A stretch of 64,000 nucleotides of DNA from Anaerolineae bacterium (GTDB lineage: Bacteria > Chloroflexota > Anaerolineae > 4572-78 > NAK82), in contig DAOTVI010000061.1 in the NCBI GenBank assembly GCA_034436775.1, positions 125-64,124 on the forward strand, in the 5' to 3' direction. Of this stretch, positions 1 to 10,797 are shown in pieces. A program made the position numbers and the translations under genes. Numbering within the stretch: the stretch's first letter is position 1; each line of letters starts with the position of its first letter. A model generated the notes under the pieces. It had not been told where the DNA came from. It saw only the letters and a list, made by a program, of their open reading frames with translations, and did not search any database.

Positions 1-149
1 GTCTTGTCTGAAGGCGGATTTTTCGTTTCTTCCATCATTCTTCTGCTGCCCTGCGCACCGGCACTAAGGTCGCAGCGCCCTCCCTCTTCGATCGCGCGAG
101 GCGAAACACCTCGTGAAACGTTGGGAGCGGCAAGGTTCTAAGCGGATCA

Positions 150-1589
<1,440 letters not shown>

Positions 1590-1734
1590 AGGTTCCTCTC
1601 CCGACATTCAGAACGCTAAACAATACCAATCGTCCATTGACAACCTGGCGGGTTGGGACCGCCTGGCGGGATACGGATAACCCCCCTGTATTCACGCTGC
1701 GGGTTCCAACCCGAAAGCTGTACCAACATTCCGC

Positions 1735-2277
1735 TTAGTGCCAATGCAGCAGCTCGTCCTTCAGCTTGGGCATGCGCCCCTGTGCCAGCTCGGAAAGCAC
1801 GTAGTAAATGACATCGGCATCCGGCGGGCAACCGGGCACGGCCACGTCCACTTTCACCACCTCTTTGACCGCGCGCACGCGCGTCGGCCGGGCGATTTCA
1901 GGATCGCTGGGTATCTTGCCTTCGGCGTCTGTGCTTTCCGTTTCTACGTAGGCACGTTTGAGGGCATCTTCGATCTTGCCGAAGTTGCGCATCGCTACCA
2001 CGCCCCCGAAAACGGCGCAATCACCCAGCGCGACCAGGATCTTGCAACGTTCGCGCATGCGTTTAGCCACTTCCTCATTGGCCGTGTTGTTGACAGCACC
2101 TTCCAGAATCCCGATATCACACCCGTTCTCGTCCGGCTCCTTCAGATCCGTGATAGGGGTCGAACGTAAATCCACCAATTCCACCAGCTTAGCGATACGC
2201 TCGTCAATGTCGAGAAATGACATATGACATCCGGAACATCCGGCCAGCCAATCGGTTGCGACTTTTGGCTTCGGCAT
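1735..2277 (-). CDS. hoxY: [NiFe] hydrogenase small subunit (short, group 3 type)
   Basis: 180 aa. N-terminal WLAGCSGCHMSF proximal-cluster motif and C-terminal GCPP motif. AAGGAG lies upstream of the ATG. Position is immediately upstream of hoxH. Confidence 0.85.
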   Translation of the reverse strand: MPKPKVATDWLAGCSGCHMSFLDIDERIAKLVELVDLRSTPITDLKEPDENGCDIGILEGAVNNTANEEVAKRMRERCKILVALGDCAVFGGVVAMRNFGKIEDALKRAYVETESTDAEGKIPSDPEIARPTRVRAVKEVVKVDVAVPGCPPDADVIYYVLSELAQGRMPKLKDELLHWH

Positions 2278-2347
2278 TGCTAGACTCCTTTCAACACCCT
2301 TTTTCTACTATATTATATCTCAAATCTCTTCCACCGTCCACTATCAT

Positions 2348-4357
2348 TTATCGGCAAGCGTCCGGCTGGCCGATCCACACACGACTTTGCAGTGCCTCGC
2401 GCCAGTTCCCATCTAGAGCGATGCCCAACGCTTCCGCCAATGCCTGGAAGATGGCCAAATTGCTCCGCACATCGCGCGGTGGCGTCAACCCCTGACGCGC
2501 CTCTTGCAGACGCCCCTCAAGGTTCACGTAATGCCCTGCCTGCTCAGCCCAAATTGCGGCCGGCAGGACAACATCCGCACGGTCGGTCAAAGGAGAAGCG
2601 TAGCTGGCCTGCACCACCAGGAAGGGGACGCCCTCTACATGCTCAATGAGACGCGTGCTGGGGCGGTCGTCACCCAGTGCCAGGTAAGCCACTTGATGTC
2701 CCTTCAGGTCGAAGGCTTTGTCGAGCTCCAGCAGATAGGCAGCCGTGCTGTTCGCCTGACCCTTAGTGCCGATGACCGCGCTGCGCGTGTCATCCAGCGC
2801 GCCCGCCATGCGCGCCAGGTCGAGGAGCGCCTCCAAAGCGGTGGGGAAGCTGGCGCGCGTGAGCCCCTTGCCGTAGATGAACACCGGCCGCTCCGCCATA
2901 GCCAACAAACGTCCCACCTCGCGGATGGTCTCTGCCGGCACCCCGGTCATCCGACTGACGTTATCCGGCGTGTGTCTGGTCAGGTCGTGCGTGCCGATGG
3001 GGTGGGTGCGCACCATTCCCAAGCTGGCGATAACTTGCATGAGCCCGACGAGCAGATCATAATCGGTCTCCTTCTTGGGACGCAGCGAGAAATCGGCCAG
3101 AGCGTGCAAACCATTGTCATACGGATCAATGACCACCAGCTTGCAACCCTGTGGCAGGATGCGCTTCACAAAGAAGCCCGCCACCTGATGGTTCTCAACC
3201 AGATCCACCCCGATTGCCAAAACAAGATCCGCCTTATGAATCTCATCGAGCGTGCCCTCGAAGGGTTTGCCCAGTTTGCGCGCCACCCAACCGGGCAGCG
3301 CCGTCGTGACACCTTCCTCGATGCTGGTCACGATGCCGCTGTCCAGCTTGTCGGCAAAGAGCTGTTTGAAGCTGTACAGGGCTTCGACCGGCAGGCGCGT
3401 GGAAGCGAGTGCAGCGATGCCGCTGCCGTTGCGTCCTTTCATCGCCTGCAAACGAGAAGCCACCACGTGCAATGCCTCATCCCACGTAGCCGCCTTCAGC
3501 ACACCATTCCGGCGCACGAGCGGCGTGAGAATGCGCTCGCCCTGGTCGGTCAACGGCTCAAAGCGACCGATCTTGCACAGAACACCCTGATTCACCGGCG
3601 CGTCCCAGTCACCCTCAATGCGCAGCAGACGGTTATCGCGCACGATCATCTCGATGCCGCATCCGACGCTGCATCCCACGCAGGTTGACTTGATACGCGT
3701 CACGTCCTTAAGGCGACCCTGGTAGGCGCTCACACGGTCAATGATGGCGCCGGTGGGACACACCTGCAGACACGTGCCACACGAAATGCACGTGCTCTCG
3801 CCCAATGGCACATCCAGGTCGGCAATAATGCGGCTGCTGGCCCCGCGTTCCTGGACACCCAGCGTGAAATTGCCCACCAGCTCGCCACAGGCCCGCACGC
3901 AGCGACGACACATAATGCAACGGTTGTGATCCAGCACGATGAATTCGTGCGAGCCATCCACCGGATAAGGTTGCCAGTTGGGCTGGAGCGGCCATTCGGT
4001 CATCCCCTGTCCATATGCCGCGTTCTGCAGCTCACAATCCCCGCCGCTCACCGGACAGTACATGCAGAAATGATTGCGCTCGCTGAAGATCAGCGTCAGC
4101 ACGAAGGTGCGCGCTTCTTGCACTGCTGGGGTATTGGTGTATACAACCATGCCGTTCGCCGCGGGGAGGGTGCAGGAGGGCTGCAGTGTGCGTGCGCCCT
4201 CGACCTCCACCAGGCACATACGGCAACCGCCGTAGGGGAAGAGATGCTTGTGGTCACACAGGGTGGGAATATGAATACCTGCCTGCTGCGCAGCGCGCAA
4301 CACAGTGGTACCTTCAGGTACTTGAATTTCCTTACCATCGATTGTCAGCGTAATCAT
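2348..4357 (-). CDS. hoxU: NuoG-like iron-sulfur subunit in the HoxU position (2Fe-2S plus several 4Fe-4S sites plus a molybdopterin-oxidoreductase-like domain)
   Basis: ORF 2348..4375. N-terminal ITLTIDGKEIQVPEGTTVL...CDH...GGCRMC 2Fe-2S ferredoxin fold. Ferredoxin-type CxxCxxCxxxC motifs. CVGCSVGCG...C motif typical of the Mo-bisPGD family N-terminus. Start placed at ATG 4357, which has GGAGAGG 7 nt upstream. Confidence 0.8.
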   Translation of the reverse strand: MITLTIDGKEIQVPEGTTVLRAAQQAGIHIPTLCDHKHLFPYGGCRMCLVEVEGARTLQPSCTLPAANGMVVYTNTPAVQEARTFVLTLIFSERNHFCMYCPVSGGDCELQNAAYGQGMTEWPLQPNWQPYPVDGSHEFIVLDHNRCIMCRRCVRACGELVGNFTLGVQERGASSRIIADLDVPLGESTCISCGTCLQVCPTGAIIDRVSAYQGRLKDVTRIKSTCVGCSVGCGIEMIVRDNRLLRIEGDWDAPVNQGVLCKIGRFEPLTDQGERILTPLVRRNGVLKAATWDEALHVVASRLQAMKGRNGSGIAALASTRLPVEALYSFKQLFADKLDSGIVTSIEEGVTTALPGWVARKLGKPFEGTLDEIHKADLVLAIGVDLVENHQVAGFFVKRILPQGCKLVVIDPYDNGLHALADFSLRPKKETDYDLLVGLMQVIASLGMVRTHPIGTHDLTRHTPDNVSRMTGVPAETIREVGRLLAMAERPVFIYGKGLTRASFPTALEALLDLARMAGALDDTRSAVIGTKGQANSTAAYLLELDKAFDLKGHQVAYLALGDDRPSTRLIEHVEGVPFLVVQASYASPLTDRADVVLPAAIWAEQAGHYVNLEGRLQEARQGLTPPRDVRSNLAIFQALAEALGIALDGNWREALQSRVWIGQPDACR

Positions 4358-4406
4358 GATCCGACCTCTCCACATTTGGAATCTTCGCAGTCAACAACAA
4401 TGCAAC

Positions 4407-6056
4407 CTATGCCACCATTGCGCGGCGTCCGCTCATCGGACAGACGCCGGTGGGGCAAACACGTAATGAAATATGGGCTTCCACTTCCGCGCGGAAGTGT
4501 CTCATAATGTCTCGGATGGGCACCGCCGCTGTCTGGCCAAGACCGCAGTTGGAATAATTGGCCATGCCGTCTGCCAGCGCCAGAAGGTTTTTGAGATCGT
4601 CCATTTCTGCTGTGCCTTCGGCGATGGTGCTCAAAATTTGGTGGGCACGCTGTGTGCCGATGCGACATGGCGTGCATTTGCCACAGCTCTCCACCTTGAA
4701 GAAGTTGAGTAAAACCTTCGCCAGGTCAACGACACATGTATCTTCATCGCAGATCAGCAATGCCCCGGAGCCCAGAGAGACACCCGCACGTGTGAAAGAA
4801 TCGAAATCCATGGGGGTGTCTTGCAAGCTCGCCGGGATGATGGAGCCGCTGGAGCCACCCGTCTGGGCCAGCTTGAACGCAGCGCCATTTTTCATGCCCT
4901 TGCCGTAGATGGCGATCACCTCGCGCAGCGTAATGCCCATCGGCACCTCGATCAGGCCGGTGACGTTCACGGCACCCAGGATGGTGTACACTTTGGTGCC
5001 GGGGCTGTTCTTGGTGCCGAACTGGCGATACCAGGCGGCGCCGTTGCGGATGATGTGCGGCACGTTGGCCAGCGTCTCCACGTTATTGACCAGGGTGGGC
5101 TTGCCCCACAAGCCGTGCGTGGTGGGATACGGAGGACGCGAACGCGGCTCGCCGCGTTTGCCCTCGATCGATTCGATCAGCGCAGTTTCCTCGCCACAGA
5201 TGTAGGCGCCGGCCCCGGCGTGGATGTGGATGTTAAAGTCAAAATCGCTGCCGAAAATGCCACGTCCTAAAAAGCCCATCTGTCTGGCCTGATGGATCGC
5301 ACGCGACAGCCGTTCCAGCGCCAATCCATACTCGCCGCGCACATAGATATATCCCTCGTTGGCGCCAACGGCATAGCCGGCGATGGCCATCGCCTCGACA
5401 ATGCTATGTGGATCACCCTCCAGCACCAAGCGATCCTTGAAGGTACCTGGTTCGCTCTCATCCGCATTGCAAATCACGTATTTGCGATCGCCCTTAGCAC
5501 TGGCAACGAAACGCCACTTGGTGCCGGTAGGAAAGCCGGCGCCTCCCCGCCCGCGCAATCCCGAACGGCTGATCTCATCAATCACCTGAGCAGGTGTCAT
5601 CGTGGTGAGCGCCTTGCCCAGGGCTTCGTATCCGTCGTGCAGGATGTAGTCTTCGATGTCCTCAGGATCAATAAGGCCCACGCGGGAGAGCACAATGCGA
5701 TATTCGGCCGGAAGGGTGCCCTGACGTGCTGATAGCCAGGCAATCCTACCCGAGAGCTCCCGAACAGACGCTTGCAAACCTGCTGCAATACGCCCTTTGA
5801 GCAGGTGCTCTTCTACCAGGAAAGGCACGTCATCAGGGCGCACAGGACCGTAGACCACCGCCTCGGGATAGACAATCACCATCGGCAAAGCATCATGGCG
5901 GCCCACATCACCCACCATGGTGACCACCACTTCATCCTGAAGGCCGGTAGCACGGATCTCCTGCTGCAGGCGCTCAAACACCTGCCGCGCCCCGCGCTCC
6001 ATACTTTCGCGATCGCTGGAAACAAGCACCAAAGCGCGAGTCATTTGCATCGTCAT
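4407..6056 (-). CDS. hoxF: NAD(P)H-binding flavoprotein subunit of the hydrogenase diaphorase (NuoF family)
   Basis: ORF 4407..6158. GLRGRGGAGFPTGTKW FMN/NADH motif. ESCGKCTPCR 4Fe-4S (N3-type) motif. Start moved to ATG 6056 (GGAGAGG upstream), just after the hoxE stop at 6065. Confidence 0.85.
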   Translation of the reverse strand: MTMQMTRALVLVSSDRESMERGARQVFERLQQEIRATGLQDEVVVTMVGDVGRHDALPMVIVYPEAVVYGPVRPDDVPFLVEEHLLKGRIAAGLQASVRELSGRIAWLSARQGTLPAEYRIVLSRVGLIDPEDIEDYILHDGYEALGKALTTMTPAQVIDEISRSGLRGRGGAGFPTGTKWRFVASAKGDRKYVICNADESEPGTFKDRLVLEGDPHSIVEAMAIAGYAVGANEGYIYVRGEYGLALERLSRAIHQARQMGFLGRGIFGSDFDFNIHIHAGAGAYICGEETALIESIEGKRGEPRSRPPYPTTHGLWGKPTLVNNVETLANVPHIIRNGAAWYRQFGTKNSPGTKVYTILGAVNVTGLIEVPMGITLREVIAIYGKGMKNGAAFKLAQTGGSSGSIIPASLQDTPMDFDSFTRAGVSLGSGALLICDEDTCVVDLAKVLLNFFKVESCGKCTPCRIGTQRAHQILSTIAEGTAEMDDLKNLLALADGMANYSNCGLGQTAAVPIRDIMRHFRAEVEAHISLRVCPTGVCPMSGRRAMVA

Positions 6057-6064
6057 CCTCTCCC

Positions 6065-6547
6065 CTACGCATAACGCGCTAAGATTTGTGGCAGCTGTGC
6101 CCGGTCTACATTGCCATAAATGTCGTTGTCCACGATCACCACCGGTCCGACCGCGCACACGCCCAGGCAGCTGGTTGTCACCAGCGTCCAGCGCCCATCG
6201 GGGCTGGTTTCACCGGGTTGCAGGTGCAGCTCCTCCTGGAGCGCTTGCCACACCTCACGACCACCTACCACGTGACATGGGGCACTTTCACAGAACTGGA
6301 TGACATGGCGTCCGCGCGGCTTGGTTGAAAGCATCCGGTAAAAGCTGGCCACCGAGAACACTTGACTCTTCGGCACCCGCATCTGACGGCTGATCTCAGA
6401 AAGCGCCTCAGGCGACAGATAGCCCAATGCTTGGTTCACCTCGGACAAGACCGGGATCAGCCCTTCGCGCTCTCTGCCATGTCGGTTGATCGCCTGTTGC
6501 ACTATAGCATGCACTTCATCTACCTCTACCTGAGCGGCATTACTCAT
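6065..6547 (-). CDS. hoxE: NuoE-family thioredoxin-like [2Fe-2S] subunit of the hydrogenase diaphorase
   Basis: About 160 aa. FCESAPCH...SCLGVCAVGP four-cysteine NuoE pattern. GGGAGG lies 6 nt upstream of ATG 6547; ATG 6553 is an alternative. Confidence 0.85.
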   Translation of the reverse strand: MSNAAQVEVDEVHAIVQQAINRHGREREGLIPVLSEVNQALGYLSPEALSEISRQMRVPKSQVFSVASFYRMLSTKPRGRHVIQFCESAPCHVVGGREVWQALQEELHLQPGETSPDGRWTLVTTSCLGVCAVGPVVIVDNDIYGNVDRAQLPQILARYA

Positions 6548-6618
6548 ACTCATCCTCCCTAATCGAATGCTTGGAAGTCAGCTTATCTGCATACACGTTG
6601 CCCTTCGTGCTGTCCCGC

Positions 6619-9600
6619 TTATGCCGGCTGCGGCTGCAACTCCGCCTCAACCTCGGGGATCGGCAGCCCCACGCGCTGCATCCATTCCAGATCGCAGCGC
6701 AGGCAACGCTTTGCCTCCTCCTGGGCCATCATCTCATCCAGACCCAGCTCCACCTCGGCAAACCCACGACCGATGCGTCGTTCCGGAGGCAACACTCGCG
6801 GAGTCGGTCGGCGTGCATGGGCATAGTCCTCCACGTTGACGTAGCGCGGATAGTCATGCCGCTTGGGCTCGTACACCACCCGTTCCAACTTACCGGTGCG
6901 CAACCAGTTATCCACCGCCAGCGCCACCTTATTCCCCTGTGCGACGGCATGGATGACCGTCAGCGGGCCACTTACGGCATCGCCGGCAGCAAAGACCCCT
7001 TCGTACGAGGTCTCCATTGCCTTGCCCACCTTGATGGTGCTCAGACGATCTGTCTCAATGGCATCATCCTTCAGCCAATCGAAATCGGTGGTCTGGCCGA
7101 TGGCCGGGATCACCACATCGCAGGCGAGGTCGAACTCCGAGCCGACGATGGGGTGCACGATGCGCCGGCCAGTGTTGTCATACTCTGCCTGACGCTGACG
7201 CTGCACGCGCACACCCTCCACTCGGTCACGGCCCAGCACTGCCACCGGATTGACCAGGAAATGGAAGTGAATTCCTTCGTCCTTGGCCGCTTCGATTTCC
7301 TCGCGATGTGCCGGCATATCGCTTTCCTCGCGCCGATAGAGCACATGGACCTCCGCGGCGCCCAATCGCCACGCGGAACGCGCCGAGTCGATGGCAACAT
7401 CACCACCTCCGACGATGACCACGCGCTTCTGCTTCATATCGGGTGGGTTGCCACAGGCGATGTCGCGCAAGAATTGCACGCCCGGATACACGCCCGGCAG
7501 ATCGTCCCCAGGAATGCCCAGGCGGCGACTCTTGTGTGCCCCCAACGCCAGGATGATGGCAGCGTATCCTTGCTCCTTCAAGCTGCCGATGGTGAAGTCC
7601 TTACCCAGTTCCTGATTGCAGCGGATCTCGACCCCGGCGCGCTTGATGTGTTCGATCTCGGCAAACAGAGGTTCGCGCGGCAGCCGGTATGCCGGAATAC
7701 CATACGTCATCATCCCACCCGGCTGGGGCATCTTTTCGAACACGGTAACCTGATACCCTTGCTGTGCCAGGCGCAACGCCGCCGTCAAACCGGCCGGCCC
7801 TGCGCCGATAACGGCCACCTTCTGTTCCTTGGAGGGCGCCAAGCGCTCCGGCGTCCACGGCACCGCATATTCGTGATCGGCCATGAAGCGCTTGACCAGG
7901 CGGATGGCAATCGGCTCATCCAGCTTGCCGCGGCGACACTTGCGCTCGCAGAACGCCGGGCAAACGCGGCCGCAGATCAAGGCAAAGGGGTTGGCATCGC
8001 GGTGGACGGCCAGCCCTTCCGCATAACGTCCCTGACTGACCAGCGCCAGATATGCCGGGCTGTCCACCCCTGCGGGACAGGCATTGACGCACGGGGCGCG
8101 CACCAGATCCTGGCAAACACCCGCCGGACAATGGAGGTCGTAGATGTGTGCTTCATACTCGTGCAGGAAGTGTTTCAGCGTGCTCTCAACCGGATTCGGT
8201 GCACCCTGACCGAGGCCACACAAGCTGGTCGCCTTGATCTGGCGACACAGCATTCGGAGTGTCTCGATGTCGCTTTCCTGACCCTTGCCAGCGCAAATAC
8301 GCTGCAGGATTTCCAGGATGCGGCGCGTGCCGGCGCGGCAAGGGACGCACTTACCACAGCTCTCTTCCTGGGTGAATTCCATGAAAAAGCGGGCGATGTC
8401 CACCATGCAGGTGTCTTCGTTCATCACAATCATACCACCCGACCCCATGATGGAGCCCGCGGCAGCCAACGATTCGTAGTCCACCTCCATGTCAAGGTAC
8501 TCGGCCGGCAGACAACCGCCCATCGGGCCTCCGGTCTGCACCGCTTTGAAGCGCTTGCCGTCCTTGATCCCACCACCTACCTCGTAGATGACCTCGCGCA
8601 ACGTGATCCCCAGCGGCACTTCGATCAGGCCGGTGTTGCGGACATCGCCCGCAATGGCAAAAGTTTTGGTGCCCTTGCTGCGCTCGGTGCCCATGCTGGC
8701 AAACCATTCCGGCCCGCGCAGGATGATCTGGGGCACGTTGGCATAGGTTTCCACATTGTTGATGTTGGTGGGGCAATCCCATAGTCCCTTGACGGCCGGG
8801 AAGGGAGGGCGTGGACGCGGCTCGCCGCGCCTGCCCTCGATGGAAGCCATCAGCGCCGTCTCCTCGCCGCAGACGAACGCGCCGGCGCCCATGCGCACCT
8901 CAAGATCGAAGGAGAAGTCGCTGCCCAGGATGTTCTCGCCCAGGAAGCCAAACTCGCGTGCCTGCTGGATGGCGATGTTGAGCGTGCGCACCGCCACCGG
9001 ATACTCAGCGCGGCAGTAGATGTAACCCTGGCTCGCGCCGATGGCATAGGCCGCGATGATCATGCCTTCGATCACGGAGTGCGGATCGCCTTCCAGAACG
9101 CGCCGGTTCATAAAGGCGCCTGGATCGCCTTCATCTGCATTGCAGATCACATATTTGCGATCACCCGGCGCTTTGCGCGTGAACTCCCACTTCTTGGCGG
9201 TGGGGAAACCCGCACCGCCGCGCCCGCGCAACCCCGAGCGCGCAATTGCGTCAATCACCTGCTCCGGGGTCATCTCAGACAGCACCTTGCCCAAGGCCTG
9301 ATAACCGTCCTCAGCCAGGTAGTCCTCGATGTTTTCTGGGTCAATCACACCGCAGTTGCGCAACACCACACGCACTTCCTTCGGTTTGGGTGGTGCCAGC
9401 TCCTCATCCATCTGCTCACGCACCGGCGCCAGCAGACGGCCCACCACACGGCCCTTAAGGAAGTGTTCCTCCACCAGATGGGGTACATCATCAATGCGGA
9501 TACCGCAGTAGTGCACTGCCTCGGGATAGACCATCAGTTCCGGGCCATCGGTGCAGCGGCCCAGCCGCGGTGTCTGGAGGATGCGCACTTCTCCGCTCAA

Positions 9601-9708
9601 TCCCTGGCGTGCCAGTTCCTCAGAAAGCACCTCAATCAGCTCGCGTGCTCCCTTAGCCTGGCAGTCAGGGTCCATACACACCAATACGTGAGAACGATAG
9701 TATTTCAT
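6619..9708 (-). CDS. Fusion protein: thioredoxin-like domain + NuoF-like FMN/NADH module + 2x[4Fe-4S] + GltD/NfnB-like FAD/NADPH oxidoreductase
   Basis: 1029 aa. GLRGRGGAGFPTAKKW and ESCGKCVPCR (NuoF-type) motifs. These are followed by a Cys-rich CPAGVC...CVNACPAG...CGRVCP..C region and KVAVIGAGPAGLTAA plus VVIVGGGDVAID dinucleotide-binding folds typical of the glutamate synthase small subunit/NfnB family. Confidence 0.8.
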   Translation of the reverse strand: MKYYRSHVLVCMDPDCQAKGARELIEVLSEELARQGLSGEVRILQTPRLGRCTDGPELMVYPEAVHYCGIRIDDVPHLVEEHFLKGRVVGRLLAPVREQMDEELAPPKPKEVRVVLRNCGVIDPENIEDYLAEDGYQALGKVLSEMTPEQVIDAIARSGLRGRGGAGFPTAKKWEFTRKAPGDRKYVICNADEGDPGAFMNRRVLEGDPHSVIEGMIIAAYAIGASQGYIYCRAEYPVAVRTLNIAIQQAREFGFLGENILGSDFSFDLEVRMGAGAFVCGEETALMASIEGRRGEPRPRPPFPAVKGLWDCPTNINNVETYANVPQIILRGPEWFASMGTERSKGTKTFAIAGDVRNTGLIEVPLGITLREVIYEVGGGIKDGKRFKAVQTGGPMGGCLPAEYLDMEVDYESLAAAGSIMGSGGMIVMNEDTCMVDIARFFMEFTQEESCGKCVPCRAGTRRILEILQRICAGKGQESDIETLRMLCRQIKATSLCGLGQGAPNPVESTLKHFLHEYEAHIYDLHCPAGVCQDLVRAPCVNACPAGVDSPAYLALVSQGRYAEGLAVHRDANPFALICGRVCPAFCERKCRRGKLDEPIAIRLVKRFMADHEYAVPWTPERLAPSKEQKVAVIGAGPAGLTAALRLAQQGYQVTVFEKMPQPGGMMTYGIPAYRLPREPLFAEIEHIKRAGVEIRCNQELGKDFTIGSLKEQGYAAIILALGAHKSRRLGIPGDDLPGVYPGVQFLRDIACGNPPDMKQKRVVIVGGGDVAIDSARSAWRLGAAEVHVLYRREESDMPAHREEIEAAKDEGIHFHFLVNPVAVLGRDRVEGVRVQRQRQAEYDNTGRRIVHPIVGSEFDLACDVVIPAIGQTTDFDWLKDDAIETDRLSTIKVGKAMETSYEGVFAAGDAVSGPLTVIHAVAQGNKVALAVDNWLRTGKLERVVYEPKRHDYPRYVNVEDYAHARRPTPRVLPPERRIGRGFAEVELGLDEMMAQEEAKRCLRCDLEWMQRVGLPIPEVEAELQPQPA

Positions 9709-9741
9709 AGACCCTGTCTCAACCTCGCTATGTTGACACCA

Positions 9742-10110
9742 TTACGACGGGATGACGTACTCCTCGACCACGTGCGAATTCACCACATGCTCCTTCATAA
9801 TGCGGCGCGCCTTTTCTGGGTCCACCTTGCCATAGGTGACCTTGGGACCACCGCCCACAGTGACTTCTACGATGGGCTCCCATTCGCACAGACCGATGCA
9901 GCCCGTTTGTGTCACCACGACACCGCTTAGATTCTCCTTCTCGATGAACTCCAGAATTGCTTTCATCGTATCACGTGCGCCGGCGGCGATGCCGCAGGTG
10001 CCCATGCCCACTACAACCTGCGCATGCCCCGCAACTGTGCGTGCCTGCCGCTTTTCCAGCGCCTCTTCCCTCAGGCGCTTGAGCTCTTCCAGGGACTTGA
10101 TCTGTGGCAT
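9742..10110 (-). CDS. Small thioredoxin-like [2Fe-2S] ferredoxin
   Basis: 122 aa. GMGTCGIAAG...TGCIGLCEWEP pattern as in the ferredoxin-like genes of HydABC-type clusters. AGGAGG lies 8 nt upstream of the ATG. Confidence 0.7.
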   Translation of the reverse strand: MPQIKSLEELKRLREEALEKRQARTVAGHAQVVVGMGTCGIAAGARDTMKAILEFIEKENLSGVVVTQTGCIGLCEWEPIVEVTVGGGPKVTYGKVDPEKARRIMKEHVVNSHVVEEYVIPS

Positions 10111-10176
10111 TGTTGTTTCCTCCTATCCACGTTCTTTCCAGAGTTACATTAACTATACATTTGGAGCGATTCAGGG

Positions 10177-10728
10177 TTATCCTATATTCTGTTGCACGCG
10201 CGCAATTCCCTCGTGCAACAGCTGTTTCACAAAGCTGAGAATGATGGGTTCGGTGAGAGGGACACCATCGAGTTCCTTGAGGATGGGCTCGCTGTCGAAG
10301 CAAAACTCACGACCGTCCACAACGTGGCGGAACACCCAGCGCACCTGTGGAAAGGCGACCAGCAGGGTGAGCAACGTTCCCGCCAGGTCGCCGAGCGGCA
10401 TGCGGTCGATGTGACTGCGTTGGAACCGGGCTTCCAGACGGGTGCCCTTGCCTAGGGTCGATTCGATGCGCAGATAGCCATTACATGCCTCAGCGGCTGC
10501 TTTGAGCAGGGGAATGCCCAGCCCTACCTTGCGCGTCGTGCGCGTGGTGACAAATGGATCAGACACACGTTCCAGCAAGTCCTGATCCATTCCCTTGCCA
10601 TTGTCTTGCACCACGATGGTGAGTGTATCATCAGAGCTATCCTCACACACCGTAATGTCCACGCGTGTCGCGCCTGCGGCTACGCTGTTCTCGACGATGT
10701 CCAGCACGTGCAGCGCAATTTCCTTCAC
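10177..10728 (-). CDS. Stand-alone histidine-kinase-type ATPase domain protein (HATPase_c)
   Basis: 183 aa. HVLDIVENS (N-box-like), DNGKGM (G1) and GLGIPL (G2) motifs. No sensor or DHp domain. GTG start. Confidence 0.7.
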   Translation of the reverse strand: MKEIALHVLDIVENSVAAGATRVDITVCEDSSDDTLTIVVQDNGKGMDQDLLERVSDPFVTTRTTRKVGLGIPLLKAAAEACNGYLRIESTLGKGTRLEARFQRSHIDRMPLGDLAGTLLTLLVAFPQVRWVFRHVVDGREFCFDSEPILKELDGVPLTEPIILSFVKQLLHEGIARVQQNIG

Positions 10729-10797
10729 ACGACTATGCCCAACCCTTCACAACATCAACTAGACGTTCCTCACAAACCTTCTCCATCTGCTCAAAGA

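Noticed and set aside
1-38. A possible start of another minus-strand gene (MMEETKNPPSDK...) downstream of hoxH, where a hoxW-type maturation protease might be expected.
   Set aside because: Only 12 codons are visible and they do not resemble a hydrogenase maturation protease N-terminus. It cannot be supported.
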